A stretch of 64,000 nucleotides of DNA from Hormiphora californensis (taxonomy: Eukaryota; Animalia; Ctenophora). The first letter of the stretch is position 1, and each line of letters starts with the position of its first letter. A program made the translations under genes and the position numbers. This document shows, piece after piece, positions 38,801-50,474 of this stretch. Location: contig CM035355.1 of the NCBI GenBank assembly GCA_020137815.1, positions 6,696,001 to 6,760,000 of the forward strand, read 5' to 3'. The notes beneath the pieces were generated by a model. That model was given only the letters and a program-made list of their open reading frames with translations. It made no database searches and was not told the origin of the DNA.

Positions 38801-41800
38801 GCTACGTCCAGACATGTCTTACATTGTATTTCACAGATCAGAAAATACCAAAAATATACCCCAATTATGCCAAAAACTAACAGAAATTAGTTGGCTGGAA
38901 AGGTGACCACTTTTGTTGTCAAACTGACACCTTTGCCCGGCCCGGGTTACGGATATCATCGATGGGGTAAATCAGGGGGTAAATCAGGGAGTTTGAGAAA
39001 AGAGATAGAGAGAGATAGGGAAAAAGAGAAAGAGAGAGGGAGAGAGAGAGAGAGAGAAAAACCCGGAGAGGGCAAAGGTGTCAGTTTGACAACAAAAGTG
39101 GTCACCTTTCCAGCCAACTAATTTCTGTTAGTTTTTGGCATAATTATTTATACCATTCTCCAGATTCTCCCTCCACCACGGACTTTGATCTGGTGGATGA
39201 GTATGGTAATAGTCGTATGGAGGCCGGAAGGGAAGGTCTTCTCATCTATAAGGATGGAACTGTCTGTGACGACTACTTTAACGACCGGGCGGCGGATCTG
39301 ATCTGCCAGAAGATGGGTTTCGATGGTGCCGCGTATTGGACGTCCTCCGGGTATGTCAGTCAGTGGCAGCAGGACCGGGCCACCACATTGGACAACGTAC
39401 AGTGCTTTGATACTTCTGAAACTTTTGAAGACTGTAACTATGAAGAGTTTGACGAGAACTGCAGTCATGACGAGGATGTCCTATTACGCTGTGAATACCG
39501 CGGTAAGTGAATTACGGTAACCATGGTAACAGCGAATACCGCGGTAAGTGAATTACGGTAACCATGGTAACAGCGAATACCGCGGTAAGTGAATTACGGT
39601 AACCATGGTAACAGCGAATACTGCGGTAGCCGGTAAGTGAACTACGGTAACCATGGTGTTTGGGCACTGAAAATCAAGTAGCACCACAAAACCCATTTTC
39701 AGGTGCGGAGAATATGCAGTTTTCTCTATTAAACAGTTACGGTGAGAAAATAGAGGGTACAAACGCCGAGGGACTGCTCACCTTCAACGGAGGAACAGTG
39801 TGCGATGATGGATTTAACATAACAGCAGCGCATCTCATTTGCAGGGAAATGGGATTCGGATCTGCGGTATCTTGGGGAAGTGGTAGTATCAGGTGTGTTG
39901 CAGTATATATAGTACATAACTCCCTCCCGCGCGTGCATCTATTCAATAGACGCACTGCAGAGCAGTGCGTCTATTGAGCTGTAATGCACGGGTCCCGAAG
40001 GGACCCGTGCGTTACAGCCCTGTAAATCCCGAGCGTCAGCGAGGGGTTTACAGGTATATCTGCACGTTAGGGAGGGAGTTGTGTTCTATAGACCCCGCTG
40101 GCGGACACCTAGAAGCAAAACAAGCACAAGTTAGGTGGTTGACACACAGAGAGCTCACACAAAACGGGTCAAACAGTTGGAAATGAAGCTACAGAGTGCC
40201 TCTCTACATTCCTACACACTCGTAACAATCGTCGTAACAGTTTCAAAGGGTGGAATGCAGAGAGAGATTACAGTTAATTGTGGGTCATGAGCAACAGTTG
40301 CAACAGACTGGCGGGCGCCAAATTTAGACAGAGAGCGTTGTAGGTTGTACACACACTCCCTCTTGTGTTACCAAGTCATTTTATCGTGTTTTCAGTGATT
40401 CTTTGTGATCTTTACACACATCTGTCAGAGGGCGTGCGTCTATCGAGACACAAACTCACGGCAGTGCACGGCCCAATAGACCAGTGCAAATTGTTTGAGC
40501 GCGCCGTGCGTCTATTCAAGCCAGCGGGGTCTATATCAGTAGGGTCGGTGGTGGGAAATTAAGGGTTTCCATCAAAATCGAAAAAGTATAATAACCTAAG
40601 AACGGCTTAGGGTTAAGGTCTAGCCTCACTACTCCACTAGCTAGGTTTATCGAGCTTGATCGAATGCGATCAACCGCGATCTCCTACACCTTGCGCCAAG
40701 TTTGTCAGCCAAAGGCTATCAATCACCTGATGGTGTGTTGGACTTCTTAAAAGCTTCCTTAACATATCAGCAAGTCACATTTAGAATTATAGACCCAACT
40801 TCCAACTACCGATCCCACTATAATTGAGCAAGGGTTTACGAAAGAAGTTGTGTGTTTCATAGACACGATGCTAAATATAAACCTTCCCTCAATCAATCAA
40901 TCAATCAACTCTGATCCTTATCAGTTGGAATTACCAGAGAGAGCTGACTACGAACCTGGATGAGATTTATTGTGCCCAATGGGCACGGAGCTTCTTGGAC
41001 GACTGCTCGTATGACACGGACGATGAAGATTGCGATCACAATGAGGATGTATTTCTGACTTGTAGCGCCATTGATGATGACGATGGTTAGTTTGATTTAG
41101 GGGATTGAAAATGAGAGCGAGGGATAGAGATATAATCTGATCTCGCGTACAGGAAAATACTACATTGTATATATCTTTTCAGAGTTATCCGGCAGTGAAT
41201 TCTCCTTGGTTGATAAAAAGGGAAACTCCTTTAACGAGAGCGGCATGGAAGGCCTCCTGTTGTTTAGAGATGGCACTGTCTGTGATGATAGCTTTAACTC
41301 CTTTGCCGCAGACCTCATCTGCAAAGCGATGGGATTTGAGTCAGCACAAAACTGGCGACACGGCTACTTCAACTCCACTAACGATCGGTATGGCATTACT
41401 CTGGACGATGTATACTGCAATTCCAGTCACGTGGAAATTGAGGAGTGTCAGTATGATATTGAGGAGCATAACTGTGATCATAGTGAGGATGTTATTCTGG
41501 CGTGTACCAAGCAGGAAAGAGGTAATGTGTAGGATTTATATGTGTCAATTGGTTATTGGGGCTTTGGGATTATTTCAATTAGAACGATCCGGTCTCGAGT
41601 TATGGTGCGGGGGGCTATAATGAGTACTATGTACCCATTCCATACCCGTTCCATACCCAATTTCACTCGGAGGGGGGGGGGATAAAAAGAAATGAGAGTG
41701 CACCACATTTGTAAACACCATGACTTTTCAGGGGTATATAAACTACAAAAGACTGGTCACACCTATGCAGTTGGTGTTGCATTTAAAGGTGAATACGACC

Positions 41801-42576
41801 ATCCCCAAATTAAGGGCTGGCTCTGTGACGATGGCCTAACTGATGAAACTGCTACTTGGCTCTGCCAGGATCAGTTACGGTTCCGATATGGCAAGCGGGC
41901 TCCATCCGGTGAACTTCTAGATGGAATGCCATACCTAAAAACCAATCTGTCGTGCATGGATGAGGAGTGCAGTGACATTGGTTACGGGGAAAATGGTTTA
42001 ACGTGTAACAATGACACGGAGAGAGCGGCCATCTACTGTTACAATGCACTTCAGGAGTATGATGTGAATGTGCAGTCTTTCGATGTAACACCCAAGGGCA
42101 AAGTCGTCATCAAACTACGGCTCAAGTGAGTGGTGCACTTCGAAGTGCTTTAACTGTTTCCTTAATGTGTTAGCCGGTATTAGGGCACTATTACCGAGTT
42201 TTAAGCCCAGTTTAAGTCTGATATATAATGGGGTATCCGTGGTTCTTGGTCGTTCCACTACCAATAATACCACCCATGCAAATTAGCACTTTTAACCCAA
42301 ACTCTGTCCTCAGTACATATTATTTTGTGTTTTCCTTGTCTATTAACTCTGTCCCCTCCCCCAAGGTACTTCAAGGAGGGAGAGATACATTCTGGGCACG
42401 GTGATTGGGCCAAGAACCAAATCACGGTGGAATACTGCGGACAGCCAGTCAAAATTAAGGGCATCTACGGACAGGGTGGTCGGTATAAGATTTCGGGGAA
42501 GACCTCGGGAAGGTGTGAATCACAATGCTACACCATCTATATCGGGGATGGATTCTCCCACGGCACTGGTTGCTAG
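26875..42576 (+). CDS. Secreted LDLa + ~11 SRCR-like domain protein (DMBT1-like architecture) with an unassigned C-terminal domain
   Basis: Signal peptide MILKLIVFIGILNLTLS, LDLa FRCPEGRCISKAWLCDGKADC..ADE, and repeated GTVCDDxF...ICxxMG...LDDVxC...C...NCxHxEDVxxxC exons. No transmembrane segment is seen before the stop at 42576. Confidence 0.85.
27664..27919. mobile_element. MITE, AAGTCGGATTTTTTGAA-TIR family
   Basis: ~28-bp TIRs with TA on both sides. Confidence 0.85.
28245..31036. mobile_element. Composite TIR element with G7 termini and 8-bp TSD, containing nested foldback/MITE elements
   Basis: GGGGGGGTCGTCATGTTAAT / ATTAACATGACGACCCCCCC, with AATATAAT at 28237-28244 and 31037-31044. 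Internal hairpins lie at ~28370-29020 (related to the 9139 element) and ~29290-30380. Confidence 0.85.
30424..30866. mobile_element. PIF/Harbinger-type (Tourist-like) palindromic MITE
   Basis: GGGCGCGATCACACC termini, ~140-bp near-perfect TIRs, and a 3-bp TSD TCA (30421-23, 30867-69). Confidence 0.85.
32650..32737. repeat. 21-bp tandem repeat (~4 copies) just after a splice donor
   Basis: ATAATCTAGACAATTCGGGAT units. Confidence 0.85.
33675..35774 (+). repeat. 50-bp minisatellite (~10 copies) of an SRCR-gene acceptor region, split by a foldback element
   Basis: Unit CCCCAGATATTTAGTATCTCACTAATTACTAAACAACTCACCACCCCCGC. The final variant ends CCCTCAG|AT at the exon start, 35775. Confidence 0.9.
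34059..35650. mobile_element. Long-TIR (~400 bp) non-autonomous element with 9-bp TSD (MULE/foldback-like)
   Basis: TAGGGGTCCGCACTCCAGATATGCCC / GGGCATATCTGGAGTGCGGACCCCTA, with AAACAACTC at 34050-34058 and 35651-35659. Internal ~44-bp tandem repeats lie at 34580-34800. Confidence 0.9.
36486..37673. mobile_element. TIR element with TA flanks and an internal hairpin, nested in older repeat DNA
   Basis: GGGTAGCCGCTGGCTATTTGAAAC / GTTTCAAATAGCCAGTGGCTACCC, with an internal palindrome at ~36888-37110. Confidence 0.8.
38122..38545. repeat. ~210-bp direct tandem duplication
   Basis: AATTGTGTAGACGAATAG...GTGAAACTCT occurs twice, nearly identical. Confidence 0.9.
38863..39145. mobile_element. Foldback MITE (~76-bp TIRs) just upstream of an SRCR exon acceptor
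   Basis: AATTATGCCAAAAACTAACAGAAATTAGTTGGCTGGAAAGG... and its exact reverse complement. Confidence 0.85.
39493..39657 (+). repeat. 41-bp tandem repeat (~4 copies) of an exon end + splice donor
   Basis: GAATACCGCG|GTAAGTGAATTACGGTAACCATGGTAACAGC. Confidence 0.9.
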
Positions 42577-43062
42577 GGAGCTGGTTGCTAGGGAGCTGGT
42601 TGCTAGGGAGCTGGTAAACTCTTAAGAAGTTTCTGTTAGCGAAGAAGTGTTATAGAGTAACTTACTTTAACTGATGAACAATACACGTTGATAAGAAAAT
42701 AAATATAATGTGTTAAAAAACATTATTTCTACGATTTTCTACAATTTTCTACAATATAATGTCTTTTTATTTTACCATTCCTAAGATTATTCGGTAATGT
42801 TTGTTACCAACACGCGGAGTAGTGAGTTTGGCCTCCGCTGTAGAAATAAGCTACACGTGAAAGAATTCACTGCATAATAAACAGGCCTACGGTCCACATA
42901 TCACCGCATTAAGAAAGGAGTATGGTAATATGTAGGTCTTTATGCAGTGGATTAGATTATTATATGCATAATATTAACTCAGATTGAGGGGGAGCAACTT
43001 GGAACCACCTTGAACAATATATCTGTATCCTACGTACGTGGCTTCAATAGTATAGAGCTGTT

Positions 43063-44726
43063 ATGTTGCTTTTCATTTTACTCCTAGCTACGCCTACAGG
43101 TACTGTACAGTAGTTTTCAGTTGTTGGAACCATTAATATAAATGTACCTATAGAGATCTTTTTTCCCTAATCCTATGTGAAGCAAACATTTGTGAAGTTG
43201 AAATATCTTTTGCAGAGCAAGGAACGAAAAAGTATAAAAAGGATGCTGTTCGAGTAGTAACAAGTTCCAATTCCCCTGCACTTTCTGCTAAATACGGTAA
43301 AATAAATTTATTGGAAGGATAGATTTTGAAACCGCTCGATTGAGTTCTCTGGAACCATGGTTGTACCAATATTTCAATTGGTATCACATGTATCGTGTTT
43401 TTCATTTCACCCCAACCATCAGTTTTACTCGGAACAAGATTTTAATATCTTCTCTGGCTTATAATCTCACTCAATCCTGAACAGATCTCATCATTATTTG
43501 ACATCAGTTTCACTCTACTAAAATTCGGTAAAACTGTCTCCAGATATCCTACTCCAACGTCAACTCAAAGGCTCCTGGGCAGTTGGAGTATACCGGCCCA
43601 AAAGTGGCAACAAAAAGGTTGGGTGGTTATGTGACGATGCCCTAACTGATGCTTCCGCACGCGTTCTCTGCTCACAGATCTTGGGGACTAAACATGGTTC
43701 AAGAGCACCCTCTGGCGCCCTTCTGGATGACCTGCCCTTTGTGCTGACGTGGCTAGAATGTAATCCAGAGGACGGGTCGTGCACTCATCAAGAGTACAAG
43801 AAGGATAAGGCATATCCACTGTGTGATGACCAGATTGAAAGGGCGGCAGTATGGTGTTATGATTCGAAGAGCGAGTGGGAGATGACCGCAGAGACTTTTG
43901 CCACTCTGGGAAAGGGCAAGATAACATTCAAATTTGGTCTACGGTAAGGAAATAAAGTTTGGAATTTTGTTTCTCAGTTTCTCCAAAATTGGCTGCCCGG
44001 CGGCGCTGACCCGATCTGATCGCAATGTCGCTCAAAGCGGTCGGCACAAGACAGCAAATAATTGTACTTCTTTGCCAGGTATACAAAGTACGGGGAAGGG
44101 TACACGTATAATGGTTCTGAGGATGATCTAAAGGGCCAAATATCGATGAAATACTGCGGTAGAAATGTCAAGATAAAGACAATATTTGGAAACTCTGGAA
44201 GGTAAGATCTTCATGTCTGGTGGCGCCGACATGATGTCAGCGGCGCCAGATCTGACTGCATGCGCACCATATCGGCGATATGGTGCCCTCAGATCGGGTC
44301 AACCTTCGCTAGACAGAAATCTTTATATTTTAAAGTCGGATTTTTTGAAGTTGTCACCCCAAAATGACCATGCATGTGAAATTTATCAATTTTGACACGC
44401 ACACGCACACGTTAACATGTGATGTGACGAGCAAAAACATTCCACGCACGAAAAGGGGGTGACAACTTCAAAAAATCCGACTTTACCCGTTACTGGTTAC
44501 TAACTAAGAAACAACTAAAGTCGGATCTTTTGAAGTTGTCAACTTCAAAAAATCCGACTTTATACTGTAGTATCCTAACTGCTAAAATCTCCACAGATAC
44601 AAGATGGTTGCCAAGGCAACTAAATACGAGTGTTCTGAGGAGTGTTGGGAGTTTTTTATCGGTGAAGTTTTACTTCGAAGCAACTGTGAAATGTATGAGA
44701 TGACGAAAATTGGAACCGGAGTGTAA
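43063..44726 (+). CDS. Small secreted protein: one divergent SRCR-like domain + the same unassigned C-terminal domain (paralog of the 3' end of the upstream gene)
   Basis: Signal MLLFILLLATPT. WAVGV..GWLCDDALTD..RAPSGALLDDLP..ERAAVWCY matches YAVGV..GWLCDDGLTD..RAPSGELLDGMP..ERAAIYCY, and QISMKYCG..KIKTIFG..RYKM matches QITVEYCG..KIKGIYG..RYKI. Confidence 0.8.
44333..44560. mobile_element. Two AAGTCGGA-family MITEs (151 bp at 44333-44483 and a 43-bp TIR-only copy at 44518-44560)
   Basis: Same TIR as the copies at 12959 and 27664, each flanked by TA. Confidence 0.85.
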
Positions 44727-45405
44727 AAAGAGGGCTGCCCCCAATTCTACATTATGATGACTTGAAAAGTTTCTAGTGGAATGGTGACTCACCAAACATT
44801 GAATGCGTTTACTAAACGAGATTTAGATCTAGACAATCATAAACGCCGTTTAGGATTGTCTAAATCTAAATCTTGCGTTCTGCCCTTTTTATAAAAGAAC
44901 AATACAAGTTATTAGGAGTGTTTTACTAGTGTTTTTATAGGAAATAATAATCTTACCTTATGTTTTATCAATTGATGTATCTTTATGTTTCGTGCTTCTT
45001 CCTCTCTCAACTTTACATTGCTAGTGGACACATGGGAAAATAGAGTTTAGAAATGATAGGGTAGTTTGCTAAAAGGGAGTTGAATCTTTGGCCGGGAAAG
45101 GGGGTATAGACTAGAAACTTAGTTTTACAAAACTCAAATAAATATCAGTATATATATCAGTACAAAACTTTATGATTTATTATCGTTTGGTAGCACATCT
45201 GGAAGCTCTGTTAGCCCCATGCTGTTCATGTTTCTTTAACCTATTTTCCAATTAGTCTGTGTTCGATTCCTCAGAACTCTGGAAGGTAAGATCTTCAGAT
45301 CTGGCGGCGGTGCCACGATGTCGGAGGGGCCAGATCTGAGCGTATCATGTCGGCGATATGGTGCGCTCAGATCGGATCGACTCCGCTTGACAGAGATCTT
45401 TATAC

Positions 45406-46738
45406 CAGGAAGCGACCGAATATTCGGTTCGGTTCGGTTCGGTTCGGAAATTCGGTGTTTTTTGGGCGGTTCGGTTCGGTTCGGTTCGGTAGGAAATTTT
45501 GGCCGAACCACCGAATTTTTTGGTCAAAAAATGCCCAGAGATCGGGCTTTTTCATGCAAAATTTTTCAATTATTTCACGAAAATTGTATGGATTACAATG
45601 TCAATTTCGCCGTATTAACCCTATTTCGAGTCGGTGGTGCTATGTGGAAATGATTTCGCTAGTTAGCGGGTTCGATATGGATTGATTTGATACCTGACTT
45701 CCCGTCGAATCGTGTCCTCATGAGAGGGTCAACAAATTCAGAAACTTTTTTTTTCAAAAAATTCATGGTGTTAAGAATCATTCTCTGAAATTTTGTAAAA
45801 AAGTTTGGAAAATATTTCAAAGTCAATTTTATGGAAAATTTTCTATGTCAATTTTTGCGTACGAATCGTGTTTCGAATCGGTATTGCTAAGCGGGAGTGA
45901 TGTTGCTAATTAGTGGGTCCGAGATGGATTATGCTGATACGTGATCCCCCATCAAATCTAATTAGGAAGTTTAGGGGAAACGATTCATGTTTCAATAAAT
46001 CCTGCTAATTAGCGAGAGCACTGCCGCATGCATCACCGATTCGCAACACGATTCGTACGGCAAAATTGACATAGAATTTTTTTCCGAAATTGACTTTGAA
46101 ATATTTTACAAAGTTTTTTCACAAAATTAAATGTTTCTCTAAAAATTCATGGAGAGCATCGATCAAGGTATTGAGAATCATTACCTGAAATTTTGTGAAA
46201 TTTTTTTTGTGAAAAATATTTTAAGTAAATTATGGTATACGAATCGTGTTTCTAATCGACAATGCTAAACGGGAGTGATGTTGGTAATTAATGGGTCCGA
46301 GATGGATTGTGCTGATACGTGATCCCCCATCAAATCTAATTAGGAAATTTAGAGAGACACGATTCATGGTTCGTTTAATCCTGCTAATTAGCAATACCAT
46401 TCCCGTATAGCATTGCCGATTCGAAACACGATTCGTACGCAAAAATTGACATAGAAAATTTACGATAAAATTGACTTTGAAAATTTTTTCACAAAATTGA
46501 CTTTGAAATTTTTTCAAACATTTTTTAACAAAATTTCAGAGAATGATTCTCAATACCTTGATCGGTGCTCTCCATGACTTTTTAGAGAAACATTTATACA
46601 GAAAAAGTTTTGTATGGTTCGGTTCGGTTCGGTTACCGAAATTCGGTTCGGTTCGGTTCGGTTCGGTTCGGTAAAAAAGTTTTTCAAATTCGGTTCGGTT
46701 CGGTTCGGTGGAAAAAACCCCGGTTCGGTCGTTTCCTG
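45406..46738. mobile_element. Non-autonomous hAT-like element
   Basis: TIR CAGGAAGCGACCGAA / TTCGGTCGTTTCCTG, 8-bp TSD CTTTATAC (45398-405, 46739-746), subterminal (GGTTC)n and internal foldbacks. Confidence 0.9.
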
Positions 46739-47404
46739 CTTTATACGTTACCCGTTACCATGGTTACTACCTAGGCAACAACTATCCTAACTACTGAAAT
46801 CTCCACAGATACAAGATGGTTGCCAAGGCAACTAAATACGAGTGTTCTGAGGAGTGTTGGGAGTTTTATATCGGTGAATTTTTACTTCGAAGCAACTGTG
46901 AAATGTATGAGATGACGAAAATTGGAACCGGAGTGTAAAAAGAGGGCTGCCCCCAATTCTACATTATGTTGACTTGAAAAGTTAGGGAGTTTCTAGTGGA
47001 ATGTGGACTCACCAAATATTGAATGCGTTTACTAAATGAGATTTAGATCTAGACAATCCTAAACGCCGTTTAAGGTTGTCTAGATCTAAATCTTGCGTTC
47101 TGCCCTTTATATAAAAGAACAATATTGTACAAGTTATTAGGAGTGTTTTACTAGGAAATAATAATCTTACCTTAGTTTTATCAATTGAGCTGTATCTTTG
47201 TTTTTCGTGCTTTTTCCTCCCTCAACTTTACATTGCTAGTGGAAACATGGGAAAATATAATTTAGTAATGATAGGGTAGTTTGCTACAGGCGATTTATCG
47301 AGGTAAAAAGGAGTTTAGACGGGAAAGGGGGTATCGACAAAACCAAAAAACTTAATTTACAAAACTCAAATAAACATCAGTATAATATATCAGTGTACAC
47401 AACT

Positions 47405-48204
47405 TTATGATTTATTATCGTTTGGTAGCACATCTGGAAGCTCTGTTAGCCCCATGCTGTGTTTCATTGTTTCTTTAAAACCATACTTTTCCAATTTAGC
47501 TCTGTTCTCTGCTCCCTTCTGTCGATTCCTCTCATCACTGTCCCTCCATTCTTGTTGCTTGGCAGTTAGATAATCGTCCATTTTACCCAACTCTATATTT
47601 CTGTTTGCTTGTACCTGATGATGTGGCATGATAAGAGGAAGCTCAAGTTGCCGGAAATGCTCTGTCTTTAATTCTCGCGAGATTAGGACGGCGCTGTCAG
47701 ATACAGCCTACTTTCTTTAAACGAGTCATTTCTAGAACTTCAACTTGCATAGAAGTTAGAAGAGCACCACTTACATGTTTGATAATGTCCTCTCGGGATC
47801 TGATTGACAGGAATGGTTTCTTCTTTCGCTCCTCTCCGCTCTCCCCAAGGTCCGGTGGGTACTCCAACTCAAGGCCGGCTATTGGGTAACCCCCGTAAAA
47901 CATGTTGGGCTGGGGAGAAAGTGGGAGTGAATATTGAGTAGTGTGCCAACACCCAACACCCGTCTCTGGAACTGGGAATTGATGAAATGAGGGGAGGGTG
48001 AGAGAGAAGTGTGGGTGCCAAATGTTTTTTTTAAAGAAACAGGTGTTAACAGAATTGTTTCCACAAATACAATGTAAATGTAATGGGGATGCTGTCAGGC
48101 CAATGCTCTGACAGTGGGGGTGAGTGAGGAGAGAATCTTACCATTGTCATTCCCAGTAGTCCACCAAAGGTCATCACCACAACAGACCTGACTGTCATCA
48201 CCAT
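47405..48204 (-). CDS. Uncharacterised ~170-aa protein with hydrophobic N-terminus (model uncertain)
   Basis: Spliceable segments MVMTVRSVVVMTFGGLLGMTM | PNMFYGGYPIAGLELEYP..EDIIKH | AVSDSAVLISRELK..LPNDNKS*. No family recognised. Confidence 0.45.
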
Positions 48205-48370
48205 ATTACCAGTTCATTGAGCTACAGAGAGAGCGATGGAGAGTTCGATATGTTCAATATAAATGCTAAAACAGGGAGTAAAATGGGTGATCAAAAACTC
48301 AATCTACAGACAGAACAGACAAAAATAAATTCACAACAATTAAAGCACAAAAACCCTGAAAACAACTAAA

Positions 48371-50474
48371 CTAAGAGTCAGGTCCCGCCTGACTTTCTCC
48401 CGATTTCTCAACAACACTTTGATCAATTTTCTCCAAAACTCCCTCTGTTTTGTCACCTTCACCTCTCTCCTTCTCATCAATGTTTTTACCTGCCTTCACC
48501 TCATTTTCACCCTCGGCCACCACAGCTATATTTCCATTATCTGTTTCACCTTCCACAACTGCATTTCCATTACTTCCCGTATTGTCCCCAGCTGTATTTC
48601 CTGTATTTTCACCAGCTGTGTTACTTTCCACCACTCCCTCCTCCTCCTCCTCCTCATCCCACTTAAAATCCTCAGGATCAGGGGCAGCTGGTAAAAACTC
48701 CGCATCCTCCGTAAGCAATCTAAACACCCGCTCTGCCTCTCTAATACACTCGCCATACCCTGAAGTGTAAACCGGTCGTCCCGTCCTCACAACACCTCTC
48801 TTCATCTCCGTACAATGGGGTTCGTTATCTGGGGACATGTTTGTGCTGTATGAGACCTTGTAAAGGGAACTAGAGTCAGGTATCATCTCCCCAGCAGCCC
48901 GATCTAAACTGGTCTTGTTGCGTGAGGTGAGGTGAACTAGGTAGGTATTCTCTGAACTGACACCCGAATTTTCACCGAATTCGTATCCAATAACTGGAGC
49001 TGAATCACCATGGTTACCATCTGAATCACCATGACTACAATCAACAGGAATGTATAGAAGTGACACGTCATCGCGTTCTGTTTCCTTGGAAACCGGTTTA
49101 ACTGATTGTTCAGTGAGGTAAATCAGGTGATGCACCAGTGTGACGTCATTACCATCCATGATGTCATCACAGTAATTGGGTGAGATGACACAATGCTTCC
49201 CCGTTATTTTCTGGCCATTTTCCAAGGTGACTCCACAAAACTCCCCACCCTCATCTTTGTCCAGGGAGGTGACACCCATGGCAAGGACGTACACTGATCC
49301 AAACACAGCACTGTACCTCACAAATGCCTGGGCTATCTCAGCAGCTCCGTAGATTGGGAAAATGTAGGGAATAGTACCGTATATCCCAACGTTTTTTAGG
49401 TACGTCTGGACCTGTCTTATAACGTCACATGCGGGTAGAGGTGATGGCCCAGTGGCGCTTACCAGCGCTCCTCGAATCAACATTACTAGATTATCTGTTA
49501 GTTTGTATTCCTTGTACAACTCATCCTCACTCCGATCCGTCCATGCTGCGAAATCATCCCCAGTGAGATCAAGATCCATGGCCCAGGATAAAAACCGCAT
49601 TATGAGCCGTTTCTCGATCATTTTCAGCTCCTTAGAGTTGAATACTTGCTCCCGAGAACAGGGGGCTTCAAGGAGGGTTGAGTTGTGATAAATGAAACTC
49701 CTGTTCACCTCTTTAAATGACAAGTACCTGGGGACGGAATCTGGGGGTTAGAAGGATTCGAGAGAGGTTGATAATCGATATATACAAGGGTAAGTTTAGT
49801 AAGTTTATGAAATAAAACAAAAAGAATTTACAAACCTAGAACAATTGGATGAGCGAATTAGAGATACCATGGGACCATTACTGAGACATACTTTGGGCGT
49901 CAAATCGATATTAACCCTTCTTTTGGTCTTCTCAAAACTTTGTTTGGTCCAGCGAGATGGTTGTTCAATCACTTCTTTCTCATCTGGATCCTTCTCCCCT
50001 TCTTTATCTCTCTCCTCTATCTCCTTATCTTTCTCTTCAATCTCCTTATCTCTCTCCCGTTCCCGCGCTTCAAACAAATTCTCCAGTTTAAGATTGTGAT
50101 AGAAAGGTCGGAACAGCCCAGGGTTAGAAGAAGGCTGTTTGGCCACTTCTCGTTCTAGTTGGGTGAGAGTAAAGGATGCCCATTGCTCTCCATAGTAGTC
50201 AAGGGTGTCCAAATGAAGCACCGTCTTTCCTGGGAGGGAGAGGTGATAAAAGAGAGGATAGGGAACGGGATTTGAGAAGGTTTTGATGAACTAATGAGCG
50301 AGAAAAAGAAAATTTAGATAATGACAGGAGTAGAGGGGAAATACCGCTTCCCTCTAAAACCACTGCAAAGTTATTACCTATCCTGGAGAGAGAAGCGGCG
50401 ATGATGGACTCTGTTAGTCCGGTTCCCACTATTATGACGTCATACTCCGTCGGTTCCACCTGGATATCCAACAT
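48371..50474 (-). CDS. CHM: Rab escort protein / Rab geranylgeranyltransferase component A (GDI/REP family), 3 exons
   Basis: EYDVIIVGTGLTESIIAASLSRIG, VLHLDTLDYYGEQWASF, RRVNIDLTPKV..MVSLIRSSNCSRY, PCSREQVFNSK..MIEKRLIMRFL, YIFPIYGAAEIAQAFVRYSAVFGSVYVL, FLPAAPDPED and an acidic tail. Confidence 0.9.

Larger units (their letters stand above)
44190..47531. repeat. Tandem segmental duplication (44190-45273 vs 45275-47531) covering the last intron/exon of the small SRCR gene and the 3' end of the convergent gene
   Basis: AACTCTGGAAG|GTAAGATCTTCA at both starts. The last exon YKMVAKATKYECSEECWEF.. occurs at 44597 and 46810, and TTATGATTTATTATCGTTTGG at 45170 and 47405. Confidence 0.9.

Noticed and set aside
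39905-40870. Composite hairpin-rich insertion in an SRCR intron (similar unclassified segment at ~24770-25190)
   Set aside because: It is probably repeat-derived, but I could not define reliable termini or a TSD, so no class is assigned.
45236-45685. ORFs rich in RFGSV/TEPNR
   Set aside because: They are translations of the (GGTTC)n subterminal repeats of the hAT-like element.
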